DNA of 64,000 nt from Methanomassiliicoccaceae archaeon (GTDB lineage Archaea; Thermoplasmatota; Thermoplasmata; Methanomassiliicoccales; Methanomassiliicoccaceae): positions 1 through 64,000 of the forward strand of contig CAVSJV010000007.1 in assembly GCA_963728405.1 (NCBI GenBank), in the 5' to 3' direction. Of this stretch, positions 52,873 through 63,610 are shown one piece after another. Each line of letters starts with the position of its first letter. The first letter of the stretch is position 1. Under the pieces are notes generated by a model that made no database searches, was not told the DNA's origin, and saw only the letters and a list, made by a program, of their open reading frames with translations. Made by a program: the position numbers and the translations under genes.

Positions 52873-53834
52873 ATGGTCGTCTTAGCGCGTTCGTATGTTT
52901 TCGAGCTGAACCCGGCTCCACCCTATGACTTTGAGCTTACCATCCGAAAACCGGCGGGGTGGTCCTTGTTCACCCCGTTTGAGGTGTTCGAGAATGGGAC
53001 AATGTGGACGGCCACGCATCTGCATGGTGCCCTGGCAGGGGTCAAGCTCACCTCTGCGGGGACCACCATGCACCCCCGAATTATCGCCGAGCTCTTCCTG
53101 GAGGACGGGCTCGGACCGGAGCAGCTGCGCATGCTGAAGAGGGCCCTGGTCCACGACCTGGCAGCGGACGAGGACCTTTATGACTTCTATGAGTTCGCCA
53201 AAGGTGACCACCTTCTGAACCGTGCGGTGAATGACCACTACGGCATGCACGATACCTCCCCCAGTACGGTCTTCCCACTGGCCGCTCTGGCCATATCGTT
53301 GCAGATGACCTCCTTCAAGCGGAGCGACGAGATGATGCGTTGCCTCATCACCAGTTATGGGGAGGTCGCTGAGTTCGAAGGAAAGAAGGTAGGCACCTGG
53401 CCTTTGCCAAAAAGGATTGCGGGGCTGGAGGCCGCTGAGCTGGCCAGGACATGCAAGTTCGGCTACCGGGCCAGGCTCATCGTGGACCTGGCGAGAGAAG
53501 ATCGACCGCGAGGGGTTCCCGACGATGGAGAAGCTAAAGGGCTCGACCCCCGAAGAAGCCAAAGCATCGCTCCTGGAGCTGCCTGGGATAGGGGACTATT
53601 CTGCCGACATCATCAACCCGCACGGCGGGTTCCCCATCGACGTATGGTCGGTCGACAGTCTTCGGTAAGCTGTTCTTCGGGGAGGTCCCTGTGAATAAGA
53701 GGGAGGGCGTGAAGACGATCAAGAAGGAGGGCCTGGCCAGATGGGGGAGGTGGTCGTGGATGGCCTTCTTCTACATCGTCCAGGACCTTGAGAACCTGTC
53801 AAAGGCGTTGGGAACGGAGCTTAGGTTAGTTTGA
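52873..53834 (+). CDS. HhH-GPD DNA glycosylase (AlkA/Ogg-like), frameshifted
   Basis: PYDFELT, YGE...WP.P..IA, GYRA, the HhH motif LLELPGIGDYSADII, FPIDVW, and RWGRW at the C-terminus. Confidence 0.85.
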
Positions 53835-54164
53835 CCTCGTCCTTAGGCCCCATGGGACCATTTGGGGCTTTGATGCGAGTAAGGATCGGCAAATTATATG
53901 GATATATGATGGGTCCGGTCAGGACCCCTCGGGCGATGATCTATGTGATTCGTTCGATCGAGGTCTACCATCCTATGGCATGATCGGGCGGACATATCAA
54001 ATGAATTTTTAACCCAACCACTGAGCGAAGGTGGGAAGGAGTGAGGCTAAGCTCATCTCCGGAGATGTGACCAGGGAGTGGTCACAAGTGCTCGCTTTGA
54101 CCAAATAAAGTGACCACGCTGAAGTGGAGAACAAGGGCGAGATGCCCGAAAGGGAGATGCAAGA

Positions 54165-54452
54165 ATGGACAACGAACATAACCGCAATATGCCGACCGAG
54201 GAAGAGCTGAGGGGCATATTCAAGGTCCTGGGCGAAGAGGTACCGGGCCTGTTGGAGAAGCTCACCAAGATACTGTATGGCATCAAGGAGGGCGAGGACC
54301 TGGGCAAGGCCGTGGGCAACTTCCTGAAGGAGCTGGTCCAGAGGGGCATGCCCCCAACCAGGCTCGGATCCTGGCCGACCAGTACGCGTCGTTGGCCAGC
54401 ATCAGAAATGTCATGGGCATGGCCAAGACATGGGAGGGGCGGGGCAGCCTGA
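54165..54452 (+). CDS. Small helical hypothetical protein (frameshift near the end)
   Basis: GGGAG SD; MPTEEELRGIFKVLGEEVPGLLEKLTKILYG..LGKAVGNFLKEL..GM with host-like codon usage. Confidence 0.6.
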   Translation: MDNEHNRNMPTEEELRGIFKVLGEEVPGLLEKLTKILYGIKEGEDLGKAVGNFLKELVQRGMPPTRLGSWPTSTRRWPASEMSWAWPRHGRGGAA

Positions 54453-54662
54453 TAAAACGTGGGGCTGCAGAGATCCAACGGCATTAATGAGGATATTGTG
54501 GAAGGCCTACCCTATTGATCCAGATCGACAAATGGCGTCTCCTGGTGGCCGTGCCCCGTCTCATCCAGAAGAGGAGAGAGGCGAAGGGGAGGTCATCGGT
54601 AAGATGGTCAGACCCCCATGTTCTTCCTCTAATGTTCCTAGTATGCTTTATTCTATGGGCGT

Positions 54663-55316
54663 TCAAAGCCATCTCGTCACATCGCCCAATGGGGGTCTTT
54701 TCGATGGTGTCGGGGAAGCATCTGGATATCCTATCAGGCAGCCATCCAGGGCATACTCCCCGAAAGGAATATCGATGAGCTCACAAAACTCCCTGTCTTC
54801 GGCCATCTCTTCGGTGATGGAGAGAAGCTGAAAGCCAAGGCCGAGGGCGGTCGCTTTCAGCCACATGTTCTCCAGGCAATGGGCGATCGCGAGACCTGCT
54901 ACCTCTGGAACCCCTTTTTGATCGGCTACAACAATGTAATAAGGGGCCTTTCCAAGGATGGGCAACCCCTGTGGACCTACCATCTCGAGTCGACCCAAGT
55001 AGGGGTTCCCGCGACTTCTCAGGGAGTCATCTTGCTGCATCTTCTTTTCCAGATCGCCATACAAGGTGGAGGCCCTACGTTTTATCAGCGAGGCCGCTCG
55101 GGAAGTGACCTCGCTATCCCGAGGGATCACCACGAACCGGCGAAAATCCTCTCGGGTCGCGACCAGCTGGGTATAGGGGGCAAGCAGCCCTGCTTTGAGG
55201 ACCCTCTCTATCATTGGTCTTGGAGGCACATCGGGTTTGAACTTTCGGACCGTATGTCTCGATTCGATCAGGTGGTCGAGCATCTGGTTCTGTGCTTCGA
55301 TGGTGAATGTGGTCAT
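54663..55316 (-). CDS. Nitroreductase family protein, copy 1
   Basis: IESRHTVRKF, AGLLAP, ENMWLKATALGLG, IGYP, KRPPL. Confidence 0.9.
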   Translation of the reverse strand: MTTFTIEAQNQMLDHLIESRHTVRKFKPDVPPRPMIERVLKAGLLAPYTQLVATREDFRRFVVIPRDSEVTSRAASLIKRRASTLYGDLEKKMQQDDSLRSRGNPYLGRLEMVGPQGLPILGKAPYYIVVADQKGVPEVAGLAIAHCLENMWLKATALGLGFQLLSITEEMAEDREFCELIDIPFGEYALDGCLIGYPDASPTPSKRPPLGDVTRWL

Positions 55317-55372
55317 AGCGGTATCCTCTAGAGCCTATATGTTCCACAGCTTAGTGCTACACCAATGAATTC

Positions 55373-55922
55373 TTATCGCATCTGACCAGCAGCTCGCAAT
55401 TCGGCCGAGATCTTCTCCACCGCAGCCTCAATGTCCTGAGGTTTCTTCCCACCAGTGCAAACAACCTTCCCAGAACCGAATATTAAAAGCACTACCTTCG
55501 GTTGGTCCAAGCGGTACACCAGCCCGGGGAATTGTTCCGGTTCGTACTCTACCCTTTCCAGACCCAATGATATGGCGATGGCGTTAAGGTTCAGTTTCTG
55601 CTTTAGGTCTGCTGAGGCAACGATGTTCTGGACCACGATCTCCGGTTCCTTGATAACGGTGACACCGGTCTTCTCGATGAGTTTTATTACTTTCTCAATT
55701 GCCGTCCTGACCTGATCTGAGCTCTTTGATCCAGTACAAACGACCTTTCCGCTCCTGAACAGGAGGAGTGCCGCCTTGGGATCCTTGACACGATAAATGA
55801 GGCCAGGGAATTGTTCCGGTTCGTATTCAGACCCGTCCAACGCCAGGGCGAGCGCTTGCAGATCAAGCTCAAATCCCAATGAGGTGGAGGCTACTACAGT
55901 TCTCGATCTTGTAGGTGGAAAT
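55373..55922 (-). CDS. tbp: TATA-box-binding protein (extra base at 55898; apparent ATT start)
   Basis: Two repeats YEPEQFPGL.YR..PK...L.F.SGKVVCTG. The N-terminus STYKIEN/VVASTSLG is recovered by removing one base. TATA box ttatatat and GAGG lie upstream. Confidence 0.95.
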
Positions 55923-56095
55923 AATAATGCCTCTTATGACTGAGCTACCATCCCATATATAACCAAGCTACCTCCCATGGGATGATAAGGATATAAAACG
56001 GGGTTAAGCATTGCTGTTCTGTTGGGCCCAATTGAATTTTGACCCTAATGTCGCCGGCCGGGTTCGATACTTTCTTCTTCCCGGGCCTTGCTGCA

Positions 56096-56758
56096 TTATC
56101 TGTGCCAATTCAGGATCGTTTCCAGGCAGACCCTCAGATCGTTCCCCTCGTGCACGACCTCGCTTGCGATCGAGACCCGGTCGTCCATGGGATCGAAGGC
56201 GATCGAATGGCCAGACTGCTGGAACATGCAGATATCGATGAGGCCGTCCCCCACGGACACGATCTCCTCTTTCCGGAGGCCGTACTGTTCCCTCCATCGT
56301 TTGATCCATTCGTCCTTTTCCAGGAAGGTCACATTGCGCACGTAGGTCGGAAGAAGCAGATCGTTATCGTCGGTGAGGAACCAATTGGCCTTCCACAGGT
56401 GAAGATCGGCCCTGGTTCCGATGACCCGGGCGATGGGTTCCATCCCACTCGATATGATGGCGCATCGAATGTCCCGTTTGCGAAGCTCAGCGACCAGCTC
56501 GGGAAAGCCCTCTCGGAAGTGGGTACCTTTGACGATGGCCTCTCCCGCTTCGCTGGATCTTAGTCCTGGTCGGGAGTCGAGGATGGCCCGCATGTTGGCA
56601 GAAGCCCAACCATCCTCGTCCAGCTCTCCGGAGACATACCTTTGATGGAAGGGCCTGGAGTCATGATCGAATGCCTTGAACAGGGTCTCCCAAGAGCTTC
56701 TCTCGCGAGTGAGGGTCCCATCCATGTCGAAGACGACCAGCTTGATCAGTGTTCTCAC
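56096..56758 (-). CDS. HAD-superfamily hydrolase (phosphoserine-phosphatase-like)
   Basis: LVVFDMDGTL, IISSG, K, and SVGDGLIDICMF motifs. Confidence 0.88.
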   Translation of the reverse strand: MRTLIKLVVFDMDGTLTRERSSWETLFKAFDHDSRPFHQRYVSGELDEDGWASANMRAILDSRPGLRSSEAGEAIVKGTHFREGFPELVAELRKRDIRCAIISSGMEPIARVIGTRADLHLWKANWFLTDDNDLLLPTYVRNVTFLEKDEWIKRWREQYGLRKEEIVSVGDGLIDICMFQQSGHSIAFDPMDDRVSIASEVVHEGNDLRVCLETILNWHR

Positions 56759-57065
56759 GCCCCTGATGACAATATGATCTTGGATGAAATAGATGCTCCC
56801 GGATGGGAGAGCACGCTTCTGTTCGGACCGACGATGTGGCCCTCTACCCGGCCCCTTTCCAATCATTCTTTTTACTATCGCAACGACCCGAACAGGACCG
56901 TAATGATCGCAAGGGTTCGGAACGGTGGAGGTCTGGGCGTTCTCGGGCCTTATCCTTCGTTCATAGGGAGGGTCGCGCGACGGTAGGGAAATGAAACGCA
57001 TGGAAAGAATGACGCATACCTCGACCCATGTATCATCATCGATCAATCACTGGGGATGATGGAAG

Positions 57066-57939
57066 ATGGCTGACATGGCGGGCAAGGTCTGCATCGTGAC
57101 CGGCAGCAACTCGGGCATAGGCAAGGAGACGGCTCTAGCCCTAGCAGAGATGAACGCCACCCTGGTCATGGTCGTGCGTGATCCAAAGCGGGGCGAGGAG
57201 GCTCGAGAGGCGATCGTCGGCCAGACCGGGAATGGGTCCACAAGATCTCATGATCTGCGATCTGGGGTCGTTCGATTCGATCCGGCATTTCGCCATGGAG
57301 TTCAGGAAGAAGTACGGCCGGTTGGATGTGCTGGTGAACAATGCCGGAGCGGTCTTCGATAGGCGAGAGGTCACCGTCGACGGCTTCGAGCGGACACTGG
57401 CGGTCGATTACCTGGGGCCGATCCTGCTCACCCTAGAGCTGCTGGACCTGCTGAAGAGGAGCGCGCCCTCCCGGGTCATCAACGTGACCTCCGGGCTGGC
57501 CAATCGGGGAAAGGTCGACCTTACTGATCTGCAGAGCGAGAAGAGCTATTCAGGAATGAAGGTCTACTCCAACGTCAAACTGATGCTGGTCATGCACACT
57601 TACGAGCTGGCAGAACGGCTGAAGGGCTCCGGAGTAACGGTGAACGCCGTGATGCCTGGGTTCGTCGCCACCAACCTGGGGAAGAACAGCGGCAGCCGCC
57701 GCTCGGCCATCATGTTCGCGCTGGTCCGTCCGATGCAGATCAGCGCCCGGAAGGGGGCGGAGACGTCCGTTCACCTTGCTTCCTCGAACAAGGTCAAGGG
57801 TGTGACGGGGAAGTGCTTCGCCAAGAGAACGGAGACATCGACCTGTTCGACTTCCCATGACCGGGAGCTTCGGAAGCGCTTATGGGACAGGACGATGGAG
57901 CTGCTCGGCCGGCCTACGGGACCGGCCGGGGGCGCCTAG
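57066..57939 (+). CDS. Short-chain dehydrogenase/reductase, copy 2 (frameshift at ~57240)
   Basis: Closely similar in DNA and protein to 7683..8540. Confidence 0.9.
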
Positions 57940-58423
57940 GGGCCCTGGGCGGTCGCTTTCAGCCATTTGTTCTGCAGGCAGTGGGCTAGAAAAAGCTGCG
58001 TCACATCGGGAACCCCTTTCTGCTCGGCCACGACAATATAGTACGGCGCCCTCCCAGGGTGGGTGGCCCCTGCTGGCCGGTCATCTTCATAACGCCCAGG
58101 TACCGTTCTCCGCGTCCCCTCGGAAGATCATCGTGTAGCATCCGTTCTCTCAGCTCCTCGGACTGAGCGGTGCCTTGGTGCTTCATCAACGCGGCTACCC
58201 GGGAAGTGACCTCGCTTTCCCAGGGGATGACCACGAACCGTCGAAAGTCCTTGCGGGTCACGCTGATCTGGGCGAAAGGGGCGAACAGACTGGCCTGAAG
58301 GACCTTCTTCACCATCGGCCTCGGAAGTATCTCGTCCTTGAACTTGCGGACCGTGCGTCTCGTTTCGATGGGACGGTCCAGCATCTGGTCCTGCTCTTCA
58401 ACGGTGAACGAGGTCATGACCAC
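57940..58423 (-). pseudogene. Nitroreductase, copy 2, 3'-truncated
   Basis: Paralog of 54663..55316; similarity ends at WLKATA.G, where the SDR copy 2 stop codon lies. Confidence 0.8.
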
Positions 58424-58695
58424 GTCCTCCCGAGCTAAACTTGGAATTCAGTGAACCGATGGGCTACAAGGGCACCGACGAAGGACGGCCAGATGAGAGG
58501 CGGTCTCCGGGAGCACGCCCTCCTCGCATCAGGGGGTGGAGGTCGGGGGTGGCCGGACCTTGCAAAAACTGACCGCTTCAAGAATATGGAGCAAATGAGG
58601 GCGCGTTGGCGACGTTGTTTATATACGGCGACCAGCCAAGTTATCTAGCTCGAACATTGCTGGAGCAATGGCGAGCGATACGTGGAGGAGAATAG

Positions 58696-59262
58696 ATGGC
58701 TAAGAAAGATGAACCAATGACGATCGTAGTGGCAAGGTACAATGATCTCACGGGAGCCACCCGTTCGCTCGAAGGCCTAAAGATGGTTAGAAAGGAACAG
58801 AGCAGAGGCGAAAGGATGGAGATTCGGGACGCCGCCGTTCTCACCAAGAACGCCGAAGGGGAACTTAAGGTCAAGGAAACGAAGGACTTCGGGGCAGGCA
58901 AGGGATTCGTCGCCGGAGCAATCGTTGGCGGGGTCATCGGGATCGCCGCGGGCCCAGTGGGCTGGGCGGCCTTGGGCGTCGGCATCCTGGGGGCCCTGGG
59001 CGCTGAACTGAGGAACAAGGGCTTCGACGAGCAGCGCATCAAGACCATGGCCTCCGAGATGAAGCCCAACACCTCGGCCATAATTGTGCTGGTGGCAGAC
59101 CAGTGGGCATCGGAGGTAAAGGAAGAGATCGGCAAGCAGGCCGCCGATGTTTGGACCCAGGGGCTGTCCGGGGAGATCGTCCAGCACATGGAGAGCAAGG
59201 GAGAGGTGACCCTTCCGCCCGAAGCGACCGCTGAACCAATGAAGGTGGCCCCCAAGGCCTAG
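58696..59262 (+). CDS. DUF1269-like glycine-zipper membrane protein
   Basis: IRDAAVLTK...G..KV, G..AGAIVGGVIG..AGPVG, MKPNTSAI; GGAGG SD. Confidence 0.8.
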   Translation: MAKKDEPMTIVVARYNDLTGATRSLEGLKMVRKEQSRGERMEIRDAAVLTKNAEGELKVKETKDFGAGKGFVAGAIVGGVIGIAAGPVGWAALGVGILGALGAELRNKGFDEQRIKTMASEMKPNTSAIIVLVADQWASEVKEEIGKQAADVWTQGLSGEIVQHMESKGEVTLPPEATAEPMKVAPKA

Positions 59263-59575
59263 GGTGGGTGGACATCCAAATAATGGCGAACAGGGGCTGG
59301 ACCTATGCTCGATGTAATGATCGGGACGGGGGCCGGCCCCTCCTTTACCGTCTTTATACATTTTTAAAGGGAATACTTCGAACCCGCCGCAATGCAAGAT
59401 CGAGAAGAACCTATGGCACACTTGACCCCGCTTTACCCCTTCGAACCTGGCAAGCGATGGCTTTGGAATGGATCGAGCGGCTGAGCAAATGCCCAGGATG
59501 CTGGTAAATCGCCATATCCCGGGATGACCTGGCTCCAGGAGAACCTGTGCTCGCTGTCCGGTCGCCCTTGGGCCC

Positions 59576-60400
59576 ATGATGATGATGGCCGCTCTGGCCA
59601 CTTTCGGTCCGGACATCCCGCTGTTCCTGTTGTTCGATCTGCTGCTGGTGCTGATGGCGTTCTCGGTGGCCAGGGAGCTGGGGGACTATCAGGACTACTG
59701 TCGGGAATGGCTGTATCGCCGGGACCAGCCCAAGGGGACGGAGCTCCCGCCCCTGCCTCCCCTGCACTCTGAGGATGCGGAAAAGCATCGCTTCTACCAT
59801 GACTTCCGTCCGCGGTACGGGCGGCTGTCGGAAGGCATCCGGACCTCCCGGAAGGCGGTGTTACGGTTCGTGGTGGTCCCCATGGCCGTGTTCATCATCT
59901 TGGGGGCTGCGCTCACCGATGTCTCTGAAGCCGGACTGGGTGACCTCCAGAACGTATTCAACGTCATCGCCGGTAGCCTGCTGGTGGTGGGCATCGCGAT
60001 CACCGCGCTGAGCTTCTTCAAGGGGTTCTATCCCAAGGGCTCATGCTCGCGCATGGCGTTCGCCGTCCTGGTGGCGGTGGGGAGCGCGGTCTGGGTGTGG
60101 ACCATTGCCCTGGGAGGGAACATCGATGTACAGATCTCCCAGATCTCCATCCATCTGAACTACCAACCGCCGGTGTTACTCTTCGTGTTCGCCGCCCTGC
60201 TCTGGGCGGTGTTCGCGGTGGTGGAATTGCTGTCCTATCGTAAGGACTGGATCGCGGCGGGGCTCGTCCCGGTGAACGATAGGCTCATCCGCCAGCGGAA
60301 GAGGGATGAAAGGGAGCGCCGCAAGCTGGACCGGAAGGCGCAACGGGAGGCGGAAAAGGCTCAGAGCAGGGCAGCTCGATCAAAAGAGCAGGCCAAGTAA
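59576..60400 (+). CDS. Multi-TM membrane protein (5' end probably frameshifted)
   Basis: Several TM helices, a repeated ELxxYxxxW-like motif, and a charged C-terminal tail. Confidence 0.65.
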   Translation: MMMMAALATFGPDIPLFLLFDLLLVLMAFSVARELGDYQDYCREWLYRRDQPKGTELPPLPPLHSEDAEKHRFYHDFRPRYGRLSEGIRTSRKAVLRFVVVPMAVFIILGAALTDVSEAGLGDLQNVFNVIAGSLLVVGIAITALSFFKGFYPKGSCSRMAFAVLVAVGSAVWVWTIALGGNIDVQISQISIHLNYQPPVLLFVFAALLWAVFAVVELLSYRKDWIAAGLVPVNDRLIRQRKRDERERRKLDRKAQREAEKAQSRAARSKEQAK

Positions 60401-60884
60401 GTGGCTCAAGCACTGCTACGGTAGATGAGCAAAAGCCTTGGCCGGCGCGCATGATCGAACTAAAATGGCAGAGGCAGAGGTGGCAACGGAAGAACAAGGT
60501 TCGATCTGATCTGCCAATGCCTCACCCTGTACCGTTCGGTGGTCTGATTGGAAGGCCGTGGGGCAGTTGAGTTCCCTCGGCCCTGGAAGATCGGAAAGAA
60601 TGGGGAAATAGGGCCGCGACAGGTGGTCTTCCCTTATTACAGCGAGGATTAAAATGAGCTCACGGCCGATCGGCCGGGTCAGTGGATGGACGTCCATCTG
60701 AGGTCATCGATAAGCTGACAAGCCATTGAACAAAGAACAGCATCGAAGAAGGAGCTGGCGGCATATCGTCTCGATTTTATGATATGCGCTCATTGGGATG
60801 CCCTCTTTGAATGGGAATCACTATCAAATACCAGGATTGTTCTTGCACTTCCTCAATAATAATCTCGGTAAGGTGATACTAGGC

Positions 60885-61307
60885 ATGTACAGCATGAGTC
60901 CACGGACGGGTAAGTGTTTGAGCGATGCAGAGTGCATAGCCAAGTTCAAGACAGGCGAAGAGTGGGGTCTCCTGACCTCCATCGACCTGCATGACTGCGA
61001 CCCCGAAAGGATCGCCAGCAAGGAAGTGATCACGCAGTTCTCTATCGACCTCTGTAACTACATCGATATGAAGAGATTCGGCGACCCCATCGTGGTTCGG
61101 TTCGGCGCCGACCCTCGGGTGCAGGGCTATTCCCTCGCTCAACTGATCGAGACGTCGCTGATCTCCGGGCACTTTGCCGAGAACACCGATCGAGCGTTCA
61201 TCGACGTCTTCTCCTGCAAGGAATACCCGCCCCAAAAGACCGCAGAGTTCTGCAAGAAGTACTTCGGCTCTAAGAGCATGGAGTACTCGGTGGCCTTCCG
61301 GACCTGA
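60885..61307 (+). CDS. Pyruvoyl-dependent SpeD/AdoMetDC-fold decarboxylase proenzyme
   Basis: IDLHDCD..I, IDMKRFG.P, GYSLAQLIETSLISGHF and FIDVFSCK; AGGTGA SD. Confidence 0.85.
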   Translation: MYSMSPRTGKCLSDAECIAKFKTGEEWGLLTSIDLHDCDPERIASKEVITQFSIDLCNYIDMKRFGDPIVVRFGADPRVQGYSLAQLIETSLISGHFAENTDRAFIDVFSCKEYPPQKTAEFCKKYFGSKSMEYSVAFRT

Positions 61308-61384
61308 GATCCTACATCGGGGCATCACCTTACGTGAAGCGGACCTAGGCTCGATCTCAGGGTAAGCGCCGGACCCTGGGTCAT

Positions 61385-61580
61385 TTATTTATGGTCCTTC
61401 TTGAGGAAGGCGGAGAGGGGCGTCCGGTAGCGGTCGTGCCACCCCTGGGCGTAGTCCTCGACCTGCTCCGCCGGTACGCTGGCCTGCACCAAGCTTAGCT
61501 CCGTACCCTCCCCCTCCCCGCGCAGGGTGATCTCCAACCGGGATGGAGGCGCTCCCCGTGGCCACTCCGAGGTGGGCCGC
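61385..61580 (-). pseudogene. SRPBCC/AHSA1-like C-terminal fragment
   Basis: SEWP.G..S.LEITL....GTELSLVQ..VP......Y.QGW...Y..PL; the N-terminal half is absent. Confidence 0.65.
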
Positions 61581-61782
61581 TCTTGCACGATACGCTCACA
61601 CTTGTTACGGGGGAGGAACATTACCTTCCCTTGGTCAGCAAAATCCTTAACGACGTCGATCAGCAGGGGATCGAGCGAAATCCATTCCGACTTTATTATT
61701 ACTATCCGTTGAAGCCAAAAATCACTTATCCGAGTGGGGTATTCGTCTCCTAGTTCGTCAAGCTCAAAGAGGATCATTACCG

Positions 61783-63231
61783 ATGATGAAGTTCGATGGC
61801 AAGGTACTGCTAATTGGCTATGGCTCTGTAGCGCGATGCACGCTTCCCATCCTGTTGAAGCATGTAGAGATACCCTATGGTAACATCACCATAATTGACT
61901 TCGAGAACAAGGCCTCTGCCCTGAAGGAATGGACCAGCAAGGGCGTCGGATATCGCCAGCAGAGAATAACCCCCGATAACATCGATTCCGTCCTGTCGGA
62001 GCACCTGTCGCCCGGCGGGCTCCTCATCGACCTGGCCTGGAACCTGGACACCTGCACCTTCATCCGATGGTGCCACGAACACGAGGTGCTGTTCGTCAAC
62101 ACATCGCTGGAGGTCTGGGACTCCATCCACGAGATAGAGTCCAAGAACCCGGTCGAGAAGTCGCTCTACCACAGGCAGATGCGCCTGAGGGAACTGACCA
62201 AGGGCTGGGATGATGGGGTGACCGCGGTCATAGACCACGGTGCCAATCCCGGTCTGATCTCCCATTTCGTGAAGCAAGCTCTGGTCGACATATCCGAGCG
62301 GTTGATGGCCGACCAGAAGGTGAGCAGGGACGAGGCCGAGCACTTCAGGGCCCTAGTGAGAGCGCATAACTACGCCGAGCTGTCCATGGTCCTGGGCGTT
62401 AAGATCATCCACTGTTCGGAGAGGGACACCCAGATCACGAACAATCCCAAGACGGTCGACGAGTTCGTGGGGACCTGGAGCATCGAAGGCCTGAGGGAGG
62501 AGGGGACCGCCCCGGCAGAGATAGGCTGGGGGACGCACGAGACCACCTTGCCGCCGATGGCCTACGTGCCATCCACCGGGCCAAGGAACCAGATCATGCT
62601 CGCCCAGATGGGCATGAACACCTGGGTGAGGTCCTGGGTTCCCGATTGCGAGATCGTCGGGATGGTCATCAGGCACGGGGAGGCCTTCGGGCTATCGGAC
62701 AAGTTCACCGTGTTGAAGGAGGGGGAGGTCGTCTACCGGCCGACGGTCTGCTATGCCTACATGCCGTGCAATGACACCATGGCCTCCCTGCACGAGCTGA
62801 GGTGCAGGAACTACGAGATGCAACCGAAGCTCCGGATCCTGCGGGAGAAGGAGATCGTCTCTGGAGCGGACACGCTCGGCGCCCTGCTGATGGGGCACGA
62901 GTACGGCTCCTGGTGGTGCGGGAGCATCCTCACCATCGAGGAGGCCAGAAATCTTGCTCCGGGACAGAACGCCACCACCGTGCAGGTGGCCTTGGGAGTG
63001 GTGTCCGCGGTCATGTGGATGATCGAGCACCCCCGCGAGGGGCTGTGCACCCCCGAGGACCTCCCTCACGACTACGTGCTCAAGATCGCCAGGCCGTACC
63101 TGGGAAAGCTTGTGTCCGTGCCGTCGGACTGGACCCCGCTCAGGAACAGGAAGGTCTACTTCAAGGAAAACCTCGCCACCCGCCCAGACGATGACATGTG
63201 GCAATTCAAGAATTTCGTCTTTGTCCCTTGA
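61783..63231 (+). CDS. hss: Homospermidine synthase
   Basis: LIGYGSVA, NTSLEVW, HGANPGLISHFVKQAL, IHCSERDTQ, FVGTWSIEG..EG.APAEIGWGTHE, IRHGEA, YRPTV.YAY, NATTVQV, DWTPL, WQF.NF. Confidence 0.93.
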   Translation: MMKFDGKVLLIGYGSVARCTLPILLKHVEIPYGNITIIDFENKASALKEWTSKGVGYRQQRITPDNIDSVLSEHLSPGGLLIDLAWNLDTCTFIRWCHEHEVLFVNTSLEVWDSIHEIESKNPVEKSLYHRQMRLRELTKGWDDGVTAVIDHGANPGLISHFVKQALVDISERLMADQKVSRDEAEHFRALVRAHNYAELSMVLGVKIIHCSERDTQITNNPKTVDEFVGTWSIEGLREEGTAPAEIGWGTHETTLPPMAYVPSTGPRNQIMLAQMGMNTWVRSWVPDCEIVGMVIRHGEAFGLSDKFTVLKEGEVVYRPTVCYAYMPCNDTMASLHELRCRNYEMQPKLRILREKEIVSGADTLGALLMGHEYGSWWCGSILTIEEARNLAPGQNATTVQVALGVVSAVMWMIEHPREGLCTPEDLPHDYVLKIARPYLGKLVSVPSDWTPLRNRKVYFKENLATRPDDDMWQFKNFVFVP

Positions 63232-63254
63232 TCGTTAATTCTCTCATGCCTGAA

Positions 63255-63494
63255 CAATTGGCTATGTGGCCGAGTGGCGGGTCATCAACGCTGCTGACTA
63301 TGGCTATCATCAAAAGAGGAGGCGGACGTTCATCTTCGCCACACTGGTGAGGGGACCGTCGAGCAGCTCTATGAGAACAAGACGGACGCGAAGATCATCA
63401 CCAAGCATGGTTTCTTCGCGCCTGAGTTCCCATGCAAGCCACACGGTAAGACGACAGGGGCCTCAGTGTGCTTGTGGTCGGACCTGGTCAAGAA
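63255..63494 (+). pseudogene. Internal fragment of a C5 DNA cytosine methyltransferase
   Basis: GYVAEWRVINAADYGYHQKRRRTFIFA is motif VIII; motifs I-VI and IX-X are absent. Confidence 0.75.
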
Positions 63495-63529
63495 TCTTGG
63501 GTGTGCGAGGGAAGGATTTGAACCCACGA
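63495..63529 (-). repeat. tRNA-Leu-like 3'-end fragment (att-like scar 2)
   Basis: tcttgggtgtgcgagggaaggatttgaacccacga here versus tcttgggtgcgaggggagggatttgaacccatga at ~21586-21619. Confidence 0.68.
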
Positions 63530-63610
63530 GAATATCGTCTAGGAAAAGGTTCGACTCTTGATAATCGCATAATTCATAATCGAATCAAATTTTTTGACAT
63601 AAATATAGAA

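Noticed and set aside
58480-58560. GC-rich hairpin between divergent genes
   Set aside because: A single irregular stem of a kind expected by chance at this GC content.
772-63204. Numerous long antisense and alternate-frame ORFs in the track
   Set aside because: Shadow ORFs of high-GC coding genes with no recognisable motifs.
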